Position numbers and translations under genes: made by a program. Of a stretch of DNA of 64,000 nucleotides, positions 7,978 to 17,464 are shown in pieces. The notes beneath the pieces are model-generated. The model saw only the letters and a list, made by a program, of their open reading frames with translations. It did not search any database and had not been told where the DNA came from. The DNA is from Bacillota bacterium (lineage in GTDB: Bacteria; Bacillota; Dehalobacteriia; UBA4068; UBA4997), in the NCBI GenBank assembly GCA_021771915.1, contig JAETNY010000002.1, positions 141,825 to 205,824 of the forward strand, written 5' to 3'. How positions within the stretch are numbered: the first letter of the stretch is position 1; every line of letters starts with the position of its first letter.

Positions 7978-10760
7978 ATATGCAACCCCTCCGACGCAAT
8001 CTCGACAGCTTCATTCACGCCGTCCACGATGTGCGTTATGATACCGTCCAAATCGTCCATTTTGCTGACATTATTTGTAATGCCGCCCATATTGAGAACT
8101 ATTTCCGCCGTGGTGTAGCGGTTCACCGTGTCGCGCTCGGCAATATCCCGCAAATACTTCAAATCTTCGTCCGTCATTGCCAAGGAATTAGCCATAGCTC
8201 CGGCGCTGTTAGCTATATCATTAAGACTGCCGCCAATTTCACCGTTTGCCAGACTGTTCGCAAAATCTTCCGGCGATGGAATATTGCCCACATTAAACAG
8301 GTTTAGGTTATCGCCCCAGTTATAACCTGCATTAAAAGCGTCCGCATAACCAAAACGATAATCGGAAAGAAAATCCGCCGTATTAAATTTGCCCATAATC
8401 TCAACCTGCGCGCCAAATTTATCATCAACCCAAACGCTCAAATTATCACGCCAGCCCTGCACTTTATCCGCCAGCCCAGCGCCGAAAATTATATCAATAG
8501 CAGAGGCAAGACTTTGCAGCATTGACAAAATATTATCCACCAAATCAAAAAACAAATGCGCAACCGCAGACACAGGGTCATTAAATACGTTACCAAAGAA
8601 ATTAGCAAACATGGCAACCGTATTATAAAGAGTAGCAAAAACGCCCAATATCAGCTCTAACCCGGCCATAAAGATATTGCCGATAAACGCCCCGGCCGCA
8701 GCAATCGCGCCGCAGATAAGACCGGTCGCAGATATGCTTGTTCCGGCAAAATGATTTACTGCCGCTATCGCCAGATAGAAAACAGCAACAAGCGCAACAA
8801 TACCGGTAACAATCCAAAAAACAGGGCATGACAATATCGCAGTATTAAGCCTATATTGTGCCGCCGTTTCCGCATCTGTTGCACTTACCGCAGCGCCTGT
8901 TGCGGCTGCCTGAGCGTATGAAGCTAAACAGTGCCCAATTTTTGCTGCTATGCTTGCCAATTCCAAGCCCTTGGTTAACGCCAAAGCAGCCCCATAAACA
9001 GCCAAAGCCCCGGCAGCACCATAAATAAGCGGAGCCAGCAAATCCCAATTTTCCGCAATGCCGCCGCCAACAGCAAGCGCCGCCTGCAAAAGCCAGTTCA
9101 GCACGCCCAGCATAAACTGAAAACCGCCTGTAATAATCTGCACAATGTTGGCAATAGTCGGCCAATTTGCGTTTATCGTATCGACAAAAAGCAAAACATA
9201 AGGATAAAGCTGGCCGCCGATTACCTCCTGCATTTCGCCCCAGGTATGCAGCATTTGTACAATCTGACCATCCGGCGTTGCACTCATGGTTTCATAAAGC
9301 CCAGCCCAATATTCGTCAATAACCTGCGTAATCACAGCTGCAGTCTGCATATCCGCGCTCATATTGGCATATTCCGCACCCAATTGCGCCATAACCTGCG
9401 TCTGGCTGGCAGTTCCGTCAATAATCGCCCTCTGAACATCAGAAAACACAAATCCTTTTTTGCTCATAGCGTCATAGGCGCCGCCCGTTATTTTGCCCAG
9501 GTTGGTGGCATAATCAACCATTGTCGACGCGTCAACCTCACTCACACCGTTTTCCATACCCATAGCGTAATTGCTTAACGTGTCCATCATCATTTCCACC
9601 GCGTCCGTATCGCTGAAATAGGTCGAAAACTCGGCGGCCGCGGCAATCATGACTTCATCGCCGTAAATACCACGACTTTGAATTTCCGCCGCCTTATCCG
9701 TGATTTGTGTAAACGCCGCATCTAAGGCCATAGTTTCAGCAGAAACAGGAACAACCAACTCACCAGCACTATTTTGAATCGTATTAATCTCTCTGATTGC
9801 CCCTGTGACATCAGCTGAGGTTTCGATTTCAAACTGCGCCACATAATCGTTATCAAGCCCATTGGCCAGCACGCTCATCAGCTGCGTTTCCGCGTTTAGC
9901 TGGGTGTTAAAGGCCTGCGCACAATCCTCTATAAAACCAACAGTCTTACGAATAGCCGCAACGCCTAAAAAGGTGCGAAAAGCACCGGCAATAACCCCCT
10001 GCAGATTGTCTGCCGCACCAACGCCATCTTCAATAGCCTCGTTAAAATCACCCTGTGCGTTGATATTATCTCTGATATAACCCTCAATATTGCTAACTGT
10101 ATCGGCTAATTGCAAATAAGCCTGATTAGCAGCCTGTACGTCCATATCGTCAACAGCGCTATTTAAACTCTCCTGCTGCTGCACTGCCCGATCCAGCTGC
10201 CAACGCAGACGCTCCAGTTCCCGATTAGCCACGTCTGAGCCAAAATTCAACGGATTACTGCCTATCTGAACAATCTGCTGCCAAATAGACTGTAAGCGGT
10301 TTTGCATATTATCCACATCAGCAACAGCATTATCCGGAAATACATCTAAATTAGCGGCCGCAGCTGTAATCCGAGCCTGTGTGTTATATAGCGTATTCAG
10401 CATATAATTAGCGCTTTGGATTTCCTGCGTAAAACGTTCAACACCAGTATTGGTGAATACATCAACACCGGCTGACTGCCAGCTGATAGGAATTTCAACA
10501 GTTTCAGGCTGCACCAAGACAGGCGTTGATATATCCGACGGCGCAATGTTTTGCAAAGCAACGTCCAACTCCTGAACCGCCATTGTTGCCTGGTTAGCAT
10601 AATCACGCAAACCATCCAATACCGCAGGTTTAACAGGACTGTTAATAGTTGACTGCATTTCGCTCATAACGGAAACCGTCATGTTCACTGCATTTACAAT
10701 GTTGTTTAAGATGTTGCTGAAATGGTCTTCCAACTCAATCGCCGTTCTGATTGTCGCCAC
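7974..10760 (-). CDS. Tail tape measure protein
   Basis: 928 aa, alpha-helical, with a central hydrophobic Gly/Ala-rich segment. Lies downstream of the chaperone frameshift pair. Confidence 0.8.
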   Translation of the reverse strand: MATIRTAIELEDHFSNILNNIVNAVNMTVSVMSEMQSTINSPVKPAVLDGLRDYANQATMAVQELDVALQNIAPSDISTPVLVQPETVEIPISWQSAGVDVFTNTGVERFTQEIQSANYMLNTLYNTQARITAAAANLDVFPDNAVADVDNMQNRLQSIWQQIVQIGSNPLNFGSDVANRELERLRWQLDRAVQQQESLNSAVDDMDVQAANQAYLQLADTVSNIEGYIRDNINAQGDFNEAIEDGVGAADNLQGVIAGAFRTFLGVAAIRKTVGFIEDCAQAFNTQLNAETQLMSVLANGLDNDYVAQFEIETSADVTGAIREINTIQNSAGELVVPVSAETMALDAAFTQITDKAAEIQSRGIYGDEVMIAAAAEFSTYFSDTDAVEMMMDTLSNYAMGMENGVSEVDASTMVDYATNLGKITGGAYDAMSKKGFVFSDVQRAIIDGTASQTQVMAQLGAEYANMSADMQTAAVITQVIDEYWAGLYETMSATPDGQIVQMLHTWGEMQEVIGGQLYPYVLLFVDTINANWPTIANIVQIITGGFQFMLGVLNWLLQAALAVGGGIAENWDLLAPLIYGAAGALAVYGAALALTKGLELASIAAKIGHCLASYAQAAATGAAVSATDAETAAQYRLNTAILSCPVFWIVTGIVALVAVFYLAIAAVNHFAGTSISATGLICGAIAAAGAFIGNIFMAGLELILGVFATLYNTVAMFANFFGNVFNDPVSAVAHLFFDLVDNILSMLQSLASAIDIIFGAGLADKVQGWRDNLSVWVDDKFGAQVEIMGKFNTADFLSDYRFGYADAFNAGYNWGDNLNLFNVGNIPSPEDFANSLANGEIGGSLNDIANSAGAMANSLAMTDEDLKYLRDIAERDTVNRYTTAEIVLNMGGITNNVSKMDDLDGIITHIVDGVNEAVEIASEGLHI

Positions 10761-10847
10761 TATTCAGCACCTCCCTTTCTCCCCAATTTTGGGCAAAATA
10801 ATACCGCTGCCCATATAAGCAACGGTATTATATTTAATTATTAAAAC

Positions 10848-11357
10848 TTACAATTCCACCACAGGGGCCGCGCCGGGAGCAGGGCAAGCCGTCAAAGGTC
10901 TGTATTTTTCAATAAGCTTTTCCGCTTTTATAACCACCACCTCCCATTTCTCTTCTCTTAATTGAAAATGCAAATTCTCTAGGGCATTATCTTTTTTATA
11001 CGTTATAACAAGAAAATATTCCACAGTTATAACCTTTTTCTTTTTGGCTCTGCCGCCAAGCATAGCCCCCGGCGCACCCATAAGCAACGCCCCGGCAATA
11101 GCGCCCCCGGGATTGCTTACCATAGTGTTTTCCTCATTCTTCTTAAAAGAAAGTTGAAAATCAGTAATCTTATTATAAGCCAGACTAAATTGTTTGCGGT
11201 ATTCGTCCTCGGTCATAATTGTAAGGCCGTATTCTTCAAAAATAATCCGGCAATATGAACTGTCAGGCAAAGGCAGGCCTGAAAGGTGCAAAGCAGGCAA
11301 AGAACGCTTTTGCAGCTCTTTTCTTGCTGCTTTTTGCTCCCGTGTTTCTCCAAACAT
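10848..11357 (-). CDS. Hypothetical protein with glycine-zipper segment and poly-Lys tract
   Basis: 169 aa, contains NPGGAIAGALLMGAPGAMLGGRAKKKK. Inserted between the chaperone frameshift extension and the tape measure. Confidence 0.3.
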   Translation of the reverse strand: MFGETREQKAARKELQKRSLPALHLSGLPLPDSSYCRIIFEEYGLTIMTEDEYRKQFSLAYNKITDFQLSFKKNEENTMVSNPGGAIAGALLMGAPGAMLGGRAKKKKVITVEYFLVITYKKDNALENLHFQLREEKWEVVVIKAEKLIEKYRPLTACPAPGAAPVVEL

Positions 11358-11419
11358 CTTAAATCAACCCCTCTCTGCCTACATATTACAACCTCCAGTC
11401 AATTCCGTCAAGCCTAAAA

Positions 11420-11619
11420 TTATCTGCCTTTCCGTCTGGCCTTTACCTGTTTAAGTTTCTTTTCGTTTTTCCTGTCATTTTCCGTTTTTACCTGAATAGC
11501 GGCCACCGTAAAAGCCTTATCTTCCTCGGCCATATCCAGAAACACCGAGGGTAAAATGTGCAGTTTAAGGAGGGCATAGTAGGCGAAATTAGCCTCCCAG
11601 TCCCCCTCCTCAATCAGTT
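11420..11619 (-). CDS. -1 programmed-frameshift extension of the tail assembly chaperone (gpGT-like)
   Basis: Slippery heptamer A_AAA_AAC lies immediately before the XkdN-like stop (plus coords 11617-11623). The -1 frame stays open for 65 codons (LIEEGDWEANFAYYALLKLHILPSVFLDMAEEDKAF...) and ends at TAA at 11420-11422. Confidence 0.5.
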
Positions 11620-12045
11620 TTTTGCCTCGGCCACCTTTTCATCAAAGGAAATATTAAAACCCTGGAATTTTTGCACAAAATTCGCCAAATCATTATACTC
11701 GCCAGGGTCGTCCACCATGGCCAGCAGCAAATCCTCCGGCGTAGCCACGCCATAGCTGTCTTGCAACTCCTTGTCGAACAAATCCGGCTCCACCACGGAG
11801 GCCGCAATCATCTTGCGGATATATTCGCTGCTTTTCAGTTTAGGGCGGAACATACCCGGCTTGCCATGCACCGCCACATCTTTGGTGCTGTCCTCGCGAA
11901 TAACCTCGTTTTGGGCAGAACTGATGTGCTTAAACTCCCAAAGCAGCGGCACGCCTGCCTCATCGCAAAGCGACTTGGTGGCCGCAAAGAAACCGTTCTC
12001 CTGTACTTTTTTGTTCGCTTTCATAAATTTTGCAAATTTAGACAT
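11614..12045 (-). CDS. Tail assembly chaperone, XkdN-like
   Basis: 143 aa between the tube and tape-measure genes. Ends in a slippery site. Confidence 0.6.
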   Translation of the reverse strand: MSKFAKFMKANKKVQENGFFAATKSLCDEAGVPLLWEFKHISSAQNEVIREDSTKDVAVHGKPGMFRPKLKSSEYIRKMIAASVVEPDLFDKELQDSYGVATPEDLLLAMVDDPGEYNDLANFVQKFQGFNISFDEKVAEAKN

Positions 12046-12091
12046 CTTAAATCTTCCTTTCTGTTTTATAAATTATTTTAGAAACAAACCT

Positions 12092-12574
12092 TTAATTAGT
12101 GAGAAAACCCTCCAAATCCTTAAAGGACTCCGGCATTTTAAAATCCTCAAAGGTGAAGTCCATATCCTCGTCCAAATACTCGCCGTCCGCATCAAACTTG
12201 GCCAAAATGCCGCCGTCAATGTTGCAGTCCATTAAAATCATGGTCTGCCGGCCAGCCGCCGACGTTGGGTCTTCATTGGAAATCTGAATTTCAAAATAAA
12301 TATCCTCGCCGGTTTCCTTATACTGCAACATCATCTGGCGAAAAACGGACGTGTTATAATGGAAAGTCGCCGAGCCGGTGCCTTTCCAGCCGGAAGCCTT
12401 ATTACCTTTACCGGTTTTGCCCAAAATGGGAATTTCCGTCTTGTTTTTCTCAAATTTTGCCTCCAGATTAATCGCCTGCATAAAATTATAACGGCGCGTG
12501 CCAATAGTTACAAAACACTCTGCCAGGCTGGCAAAAACCGCGTCCTTGCCGCGCATAACCACATTACCGTTCAT
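12092..12574 (-). CDS. Tail tube protein (XkdM-like)
   Basis: 160 aa immediately after the sheath gene. Confidence 0.65.
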   Translation of the reverse strand: MNGNVVMRGKDAVFASLAECFVTIGTRRYNFMQAINLEAKFEKNKTEIPILGKTGKGNKASGWKGTGSATFHYNTSVFRQMMLQYKETGEDIYFEIQISNEDPTSAAGRQTMILMDCNIDGGILAKFDADGEYLDEDMDFTFEDFKMPESFKDLEGFLTN

Positions 12575-12588
12575 TTATTTAACCTCCT

Positions 12589-13896
12589 TTAAGCCACCGT
12601 AACGGTCATATAAAGCTTGCTCATCGCGTTTACCACCGTCACCAAATCTTTTACAACCACCGACTTTTTGCTGCTGCCCGGCTCCACCGTCACGTCAGCG
12701 TCAGAAAAATTTTCAATCGCCCGAATTTCTTGCAACTGTTCATGGTGTTTAACAATATCTGACCAAAGAGATATGCGCCCGGCCGCATCGTTGGGCACCA
12801 CCCCCAGATATTTGGTGTTGAACAAAACCGCAATATCATTGCCAATCTGGTCAATCACGCGCACCGTCTGGTTTTCCTGAAAAATCTCGCCCTGCGTATC
12901 GGAAGTTGTCACCATACTGTTAATATCCGCCAAAACCCGAATATCCGCGCCCACCTTATGCAGGGTGAACTCGCCAGCCTTAATCGCCTTTTTCAATTCG
13001 TTTTGCGTGTAATCCGCCGCCACAGTGAACTCACCGTCATATTTGCGGTTCTGGCAGCTTCTGTTAACCTCGCAGCCGGCAGAAGCCCCGGTCACCCAAT
13101 AAACCAGACTGGCCTGGCTCCAACCCTCGTCCAGAACGTCATTTTTGACGTTAATCGTCCCCGGATAATCCGCCGCCAGATTATGCAGCACCAGCTGAAA
13201 CTTTATGCCCATTTCATCGCGCAGCCGCTTCACAAAAGCCGCGTAAAGCCCCTTGGTTACTGCGTCCTCAACCACCACGCCCATGGTATTATAGGTATAG
13301 GCCTCGATTTTATCCAGATAATTCTGGTGGCTCAAGCCGCTAACCTCGCCGTTTGTACCGCCGGTCAGGTTCATTCCGGCCGTGGCTGTCAGCGTAGCCG
13401 CCGACTTAAACTTCACAAAATCATTATCCTGCAAATCCGCCGCAGCAGCCGCCGTCTGCTCGTCCACCAGCGCCACGCCCAGATAAGTCTGCACGTCAAA
13501 CAAGTTTTCATTATCCGCATTAACCTGCACCACAATCCGCAGGTCATTGCCCCTCACGCCGCAATAGCGCGCCTCGGCCAAATCGTTGGCCGCCTTTTGG
13601 CCGCCGGAAGTCAGCTTATAGGCATAAAGAGTTTGCGCGTTTAAAAACAAATCGCGCAGGCCTTTCAGTTTCTCATGCGTATAATCATAACCAAAAATCC
13701 GCAAACTGTTCTTCTGAAAATCACCGTTAGTCACTTCAAAAATCTCGCCGTCCACGCCCCAGTCCAAATCCAGCGGCATGGTGGCAATGCCGCGCTCCGA
13801 AAGCGCTGCGTTAGCCGCCTGCGCCGAAACAAAATTGATATACGCGCCCGGCAATTCCTTGTTCTGTACCAAAAAGGTACCGCCGCCCAAAGCCAT
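12589..13896 (-). CDS. Contractile tail sheath protein (XkdK-like)
   Basis: 435 aa. N-terminus GGGTFLVQNKELPGAYINF has the sheath-family start motif. Confidence 0.8.
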   Translation of the reverse strand: MALGGGTFLVQNKELPGAYINFVSAQAANAALSERGIATMPLDLDWGVDGEIFEVTNGDFQKNSLRIFGYDYTHEKLKGLRDLFLNAQTLYAYKLTSGGQKAANDLAEARYCGVRGNDLRIVVQVNADNENLFDVQTYLGVALVDEQTAAAAADLQDNDFVKFKSAATLTATAGMNLTGGTNGEVSGLSHQNYLDKIEAYTYNTMGVVVEDAVTKGLYAAFVKRLRDEMGIKFQLVLHNLAADYPGTINVKNDVLDEGWSQASLVYWVTGASAGCEVNRSCQNRKYDGEFTVAADYTQNELKKAIKAGEFTLHKVGADIRVLADINSMVTTSDTQGEIFQENQTVRVIDQIGNDIAVLFNTKYLGVVPNDAAGRISLWSDIVKHHEQLQEIRAIENFSDADVTVEPGSSKKSVVVKDLVTVVNAMSKLYMTVTVA

Positions 13897-13897
13897 A

Positions 13898-14095
13898 TTA
13901 CTTCACCCGTCCTTCCATATAATCTGTAATCATTCTCTCAACCGCCGCAATCGTGTACTGCTTATCAGATTGCAAAAGCGCGTTGATAATATCTCGCCTG
14001 TTCTGGAAACGCGCAGAAGTCAGCAGCTGCTCCTTATTAAACAAACCGCCTGCTTTTTCCGTTGTTTCCGCCTTATCCATTTTCTTAACTGCCAT
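13898..14095 (-). CDS. Small hypothetical protein
   Basis: 65-aa ORF tightly packed before the sheath gene. Confidence 0.3.
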   Translation of the reverse strand: MAVKKMDKAETTEKAGGLFNKEQLLTSARFQNRRDIINALLQSDKQYTIAAVERMITDYMEGRVK

Positions 14096-14105
14096 TCACA
14101 TCACC

Positions 14106-14531
14106 TTATCCTTTCACGCTCACATTTTCCGTCAGCTCGCTCATCGCCGGCGTATTGTCCAGACGATAAACGAACATATCATAATTAACAAAAAAATGCA
14201 GCACATTGTCAATAACCTCATAGCGCATTTGCGTGCCGCGCGTCAAATCGCCGGCCACGCTAATCCATTCCAAACACCAGTAAAGCCGCTCGGCCACCGC
14301 ATTACATTCCTCTCTGGCGCGGTTTATATCAGCCGGGAAATATTGCAGGCAAAACTGATTGCTCCGAAAATACCGCCTGTTCAGAAAAAGCCGGCTGGTC
14401 GGATTTATGCAGGCAATAAAAAAGCAAGGCTCCTGCAAGCCCTGCGCGACGTCTTCCGCATAAATGGCATAATCATCGCCAAACTCCGTGTCTAAGGCCT
14501 GGCTGATTGCCGTAATTATTGAGTTTATCAC
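14106..14531 (-). CDS. XkdJ-position tail completion/terminator-like protein
   Basis: 141 aa between the gp10-like and sheath genes. Overlaps its upstream neighbour by 4 nt. Confidence 0.35.
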   Translation of the reverse strand: MINSIITAISQALDTEFGDDYAIYAEDVAQGLQEPCFFIACINPTSRLFLNRRYFRSNQFCLQYFPADINRAREECNAVAERLYWCLEWISVAGDLTRGTQMRYEVIDNVLHFFVNYDMFVYRLDNTPAMSELTENVSVKG

Positions 14532-15106
14532 TTAAAACACTCCCCCAGAAACTGCCTGATTTTGGCTTGAAGTAGTCCCGGCGCTATCTTCTGAATTTCC
14601 TGCTCGGAAATGGTCAGCATAAAATGCCCCGGCGCCCAACCCCTGCCGTTAGCGGTGCGGTGACCGTATTCCACATAGGACGCATATTCCACCGGGTTTT
14701 CTATTGTAATAACATATTCGTTATCACGTTTTTCAATCTGTAAATTGTTGACATAATCCCTCACATTTTCTGTTTTCCCCTTAAACAAAGCCGCATACAT
14801 GGCGCTTCTGTCGTTTTCTGCCGTCCAACCGCGGCGCAGCGTATCGCCCATTTTGCCGCTGGGATTTATGCGTTTTTTGTAAACATCGCCCTTTTTGTGA
14901 TATTTAGAATTACGTTTAGCCATCACCTCCACTTCATGCGCACAATCGCCCACCGGCGTGCGCTTAATCACCAATGCCAGCAAACGCGCGGCCAATTCTT
15001 TAGCGCAGGCCTCCACAAACTTCTGCGCTTCTTTGTCCTGCATTTTTTCCAGCTGCTTTTGCAGCTTCTTCATATCACCAAATGAAAAACTGCCCATTTT
15101 GGCCAT
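14528..15106 (-). CDS. HK97 gp10-family neck / tail-attachment protein (XkdI-like)
   Basis: C-terminal motif NPVEYASYVEYGHRTANGRGWAPGHFM matches the HK97 gp10-family signature. Confidence 0.55.
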   Translation of the reverse strand: MAKMGSFSFGDMKKLQKQLEKMQDKEAQKFVEACAKELAARLLALVIKRTPVGDCAHEVEVMAKRNSKYHKKGDVYKKRINPSGKMGDTLRRGWTAENDRSAMYAALFKGKTENVRDYVNNLQIEKRDNEYVITIENPVEYASYVEYGHRTANGRGWAPGHFMLTISEQEIQKIAPGLLQAKIRQFLGECFK

Positions 15107-15918
15107 ATCAAGCCCACCCCCTCCACAAACTCAAAACAACCTCCTGATGTGTGCCATAAACCGCCATACTCAATAACCGTACAAACCCTGGTATATAACC
15201 GTTCAATCGCCCGTCTGACCCTGTCCATTTTTCTCACCACCTCATCTTTCGATAACAGGAATTTTTTCCACTTTTTCGTCCCCCTGTTCTGCCCATTTTA
15301 ACGCTGGCACTTTCTTCACCACCTGCCGCAGTCCCTCCGGCACTTCGGGCAGATTGCAGTCGTTTTTAATGCTGCTGCCAACCTTTTCCCAAACCATAGC
15401 CAGCAAACAAAATTTCCAAACTCTGCCGGGTGCGGATTTTCAGCGTCTCCAGCCGGGAAATGGCCCATTTCAAATCGCTATACACCGAATCGCGCAGCGT
15501 ATTGGAATAACGGCGCACGCATAGCCCGTTACTTTCCGGATAGATCAGCAGGCAATAAATCAGGTTAAGTGCGGCAGTTTTGTTTTGCTTTTCTTGCTGG
15601 CGCGGCTGCCCTTGCATACGCGATAGCGTTTATGGGTCTGCCAAAAATCCGCGTAATTCCGGCCCACAACTCCCGGCTCTGTCCAGAATATCTTTAGCCG
15701 CCATTAAACGCGCCGATTCACTACGGGCTTTTAACCTCTTTCATACTGTTTTTCAGAGCAAGGGGGATACTCTGCCATAAATTCATCGCTCTTTTTCCAG
15801 TTGCAAATTGTTGCTTCTGTAACGTGCAGGCTGCCGGCAATTTCCTTTGATTAAATCTTTGCAATTATACTATACCACAAACTTAAAGCGAACGTCAACG
15901 AACACCAGCGAACAACTT
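15107..15918 (-). other. Decayed spacer where terminase, portal and capsid genes would sit
   Basis: Only an 83-aa ORF (15366-15617, weak similarity to the ArpU C-terminus) and frame-broken fragments lie between the late activator and the first tail gene. Confidence 0.35.
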
Positions 15919-16347
15919 TTATTTTGCCAGATGTCTTTTACAAATCATTCTCACCCCAGCCGCCGTATTTCTGCGGCCGATAATCTCCGCCACCTCCTGC
16001 CATGTCAGGCAATGCAAAAAGCGCAAACGGAAAATCAGGCGCGTTTGTTCATCATCTATGCTGTTTATGTAAGCCTCAACCTTTGCCCTCTCCTGCTCTG
16101 CGGCCTGTTTAAGCTCCTCAATCAGCTGCTGCATATCCACAATTTCCGCCGTAAAATCACCAAGCTTATCCTTAACCCCCGGCGCAGCCGGCATACCGGT
16201 CGGCTTTTGAGCGCCGGGACAGACGGCGCTTTGCGGGCCGGCCAGAATATCCTCCGCCCGATATATGCGCTGCAACAAATTGTAATACTTAGATAATTCC
16301 TGCAAAGTCCATTCGCCTAGCGGTTTGTTTAACAATTCATTGTTCAT
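15919..16347 (-). CDS. ArpU-family phage late-gene transcriptional activator
   Basis: TGMPAAPGVKDKLGDFTAEIVDMQQ resembles the ArpU core. C-terminal sigma-region-4-like segment LTWQEVAEIIGRRNTAAGVRMICKRHL. Confidence 0.5.
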   Translation of the reverse strand: MNNELLNKPLGEWTLQELSKYYNLLQRIYRAEDILAGPQSAVCPGAQKPTGMPAAPGVKDKLGDFTAEIVDMQQLIEELKQAAEQERAKVEAYINSIDDEQTRLIFRLRFLHCLTWQEVAEIIGRRNTAAGVRMICKRHLAK

Positions 16348-16350
16348 TTT

Positions 16351-16533
16351 TCAATCCTCCAAACATTTTATCTCAACTTCAAGTCGTGGCTGCTGGCTGT
16401 AATACTTAACCAAACTGACCGTAACTATATCCGCATCGTCACGATAGGCCGCCTGATTTAAGCTGTCCGCCACCACTTTAATTATGTTATCCGCGTCCGG
16501 CTTTTTCACCGGCCTGATTAAACCTGCCTCCAT
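16351..16533 (-). CDS. Small hypothetical phage protein
   Basis: 60-aa ORF in the operon. Confidence 0.25.
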   Translation of the reverse strand: MEAGLIRPVKKPDADNIIKVVADSLNQAAYRDDADIVTVSLVKYYSQQPRLEVEIKCLED

Positions 16534-16852
16534 AGCCGCCTGCCGCTGGCAGGTATGCTGTAATAGGCGCTGATATGCATTGTCAACGGTTCTTTATTTG
16601 GAAACCTACGGCTGGGGCATTGCCGCAGGTATTCAGTACGAATAAGGTTTTCATATACAACTGTTTTGTCCAGCATGTATGTTCGACCGTTTTGCCAACA
16701 GAAATGTAGCCGCTCTTTACCTCGTTTTCTGGCGGAAAAAATCTACTATTTCTTGTGGTTTCACCTGAAGAATTTCCAGAATTTTATACGCCGTTTCCAA
16801 TTTAATAGGCGTTTCATCTGAAATAATTCTAAAAAACTGTTTATTACAATCC

Positions 16853-17464
16853 TCAAAATGGTAAATCATCAAAGGCAGACTTAAGACTTTGCTGCCCAAC
16901 CGGCTCTGCAAATACTGCCGGTTCTTTCCGATCATACTCTTTAAGCCGCCCAAACAACCTCTCATGCTTCAGCCACATTTCCAGATAACCGCTTTTAAGC
17001 CGACGCGTTATCTTCAAACCCTGCCGCAAGGCTGGAGTTTCCCCGGCCCTCTGGCAGGGGCATCTTATGCCCAAATCCACATAATGACCATAAAATAATG
17101 CCTCCGGCCGAGCTTGCACCAGAACCTGCTTAAAACCATGACACAGCGGACATTTGCCGCCAAAATCCAAACCCTGCCGCCGCTGCCGCTCCTCCAGAAT
17201 ATTATCACAAATTTGCCGCAGTTCGCCGGCCTTGGGTAATCTCGCATAAACGCGTGTGTCATTAGCTATGTATTCGGTTAGCGCCTGGTCTAACAATTCA
17301 GCATTATAAACGCCCAAAACTTTCAGCCATTCATTGACCAAATCGCTCATTTCCTCTTTGGTGCGCTTACCGCCCAGGCCAACCGTTTCGCATCTCTGCA
17401 AAAGCCTGCCAATATCACTGATTACCGCCAAATCTCTGCACCTCCTTACGCAACGTCCGCTCAA
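16853..17464 (-). CDS. Cys-rich hypothetical protein (putative zinc-binding) in the replication module
   Basis: Motifs CPLCHG and CPCQ. Likely true start at MSDLVNEWL. Confidence 0.3.
   Translation of the reverse strand: MSGRCVRRCRDLAVISDIGRLLQRCETVGLGGKRTKEEMSDLVNEWLKVLGVYNAELLDQALTEYIANDTRVYARLPKAGELRQICDNILEERQRRQGLDFGGKCPLCHGFKQVLVQARPEALFYGHYVDLGIRCPCQRAGETPALRQGLKITRRLKSGYLEMWLKHERLFGRLKEYDRKEPAVFAEPVGQQSLKSAFDDLPF

Noticed and set aside
12958-13644. 228-aa plus-strand ORF inside the sheath gene, and similar long antisense ORFs (265-546, 4578-4784 Pro/Ala-rich, 56672-57463, 59213-59542)
   Set aside because: All lie fully within better-supported genes on the opposite strand. Low-complexity, GC-driven shadow frames with no start or RBS context.
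16717-16965. 82-aa ORF as an XRE-type HTH regulator
   Set aside because: Overlaps the 203-aa gene by up to 113 nt. The HTH resemblance is weak, so it is left uncalled.
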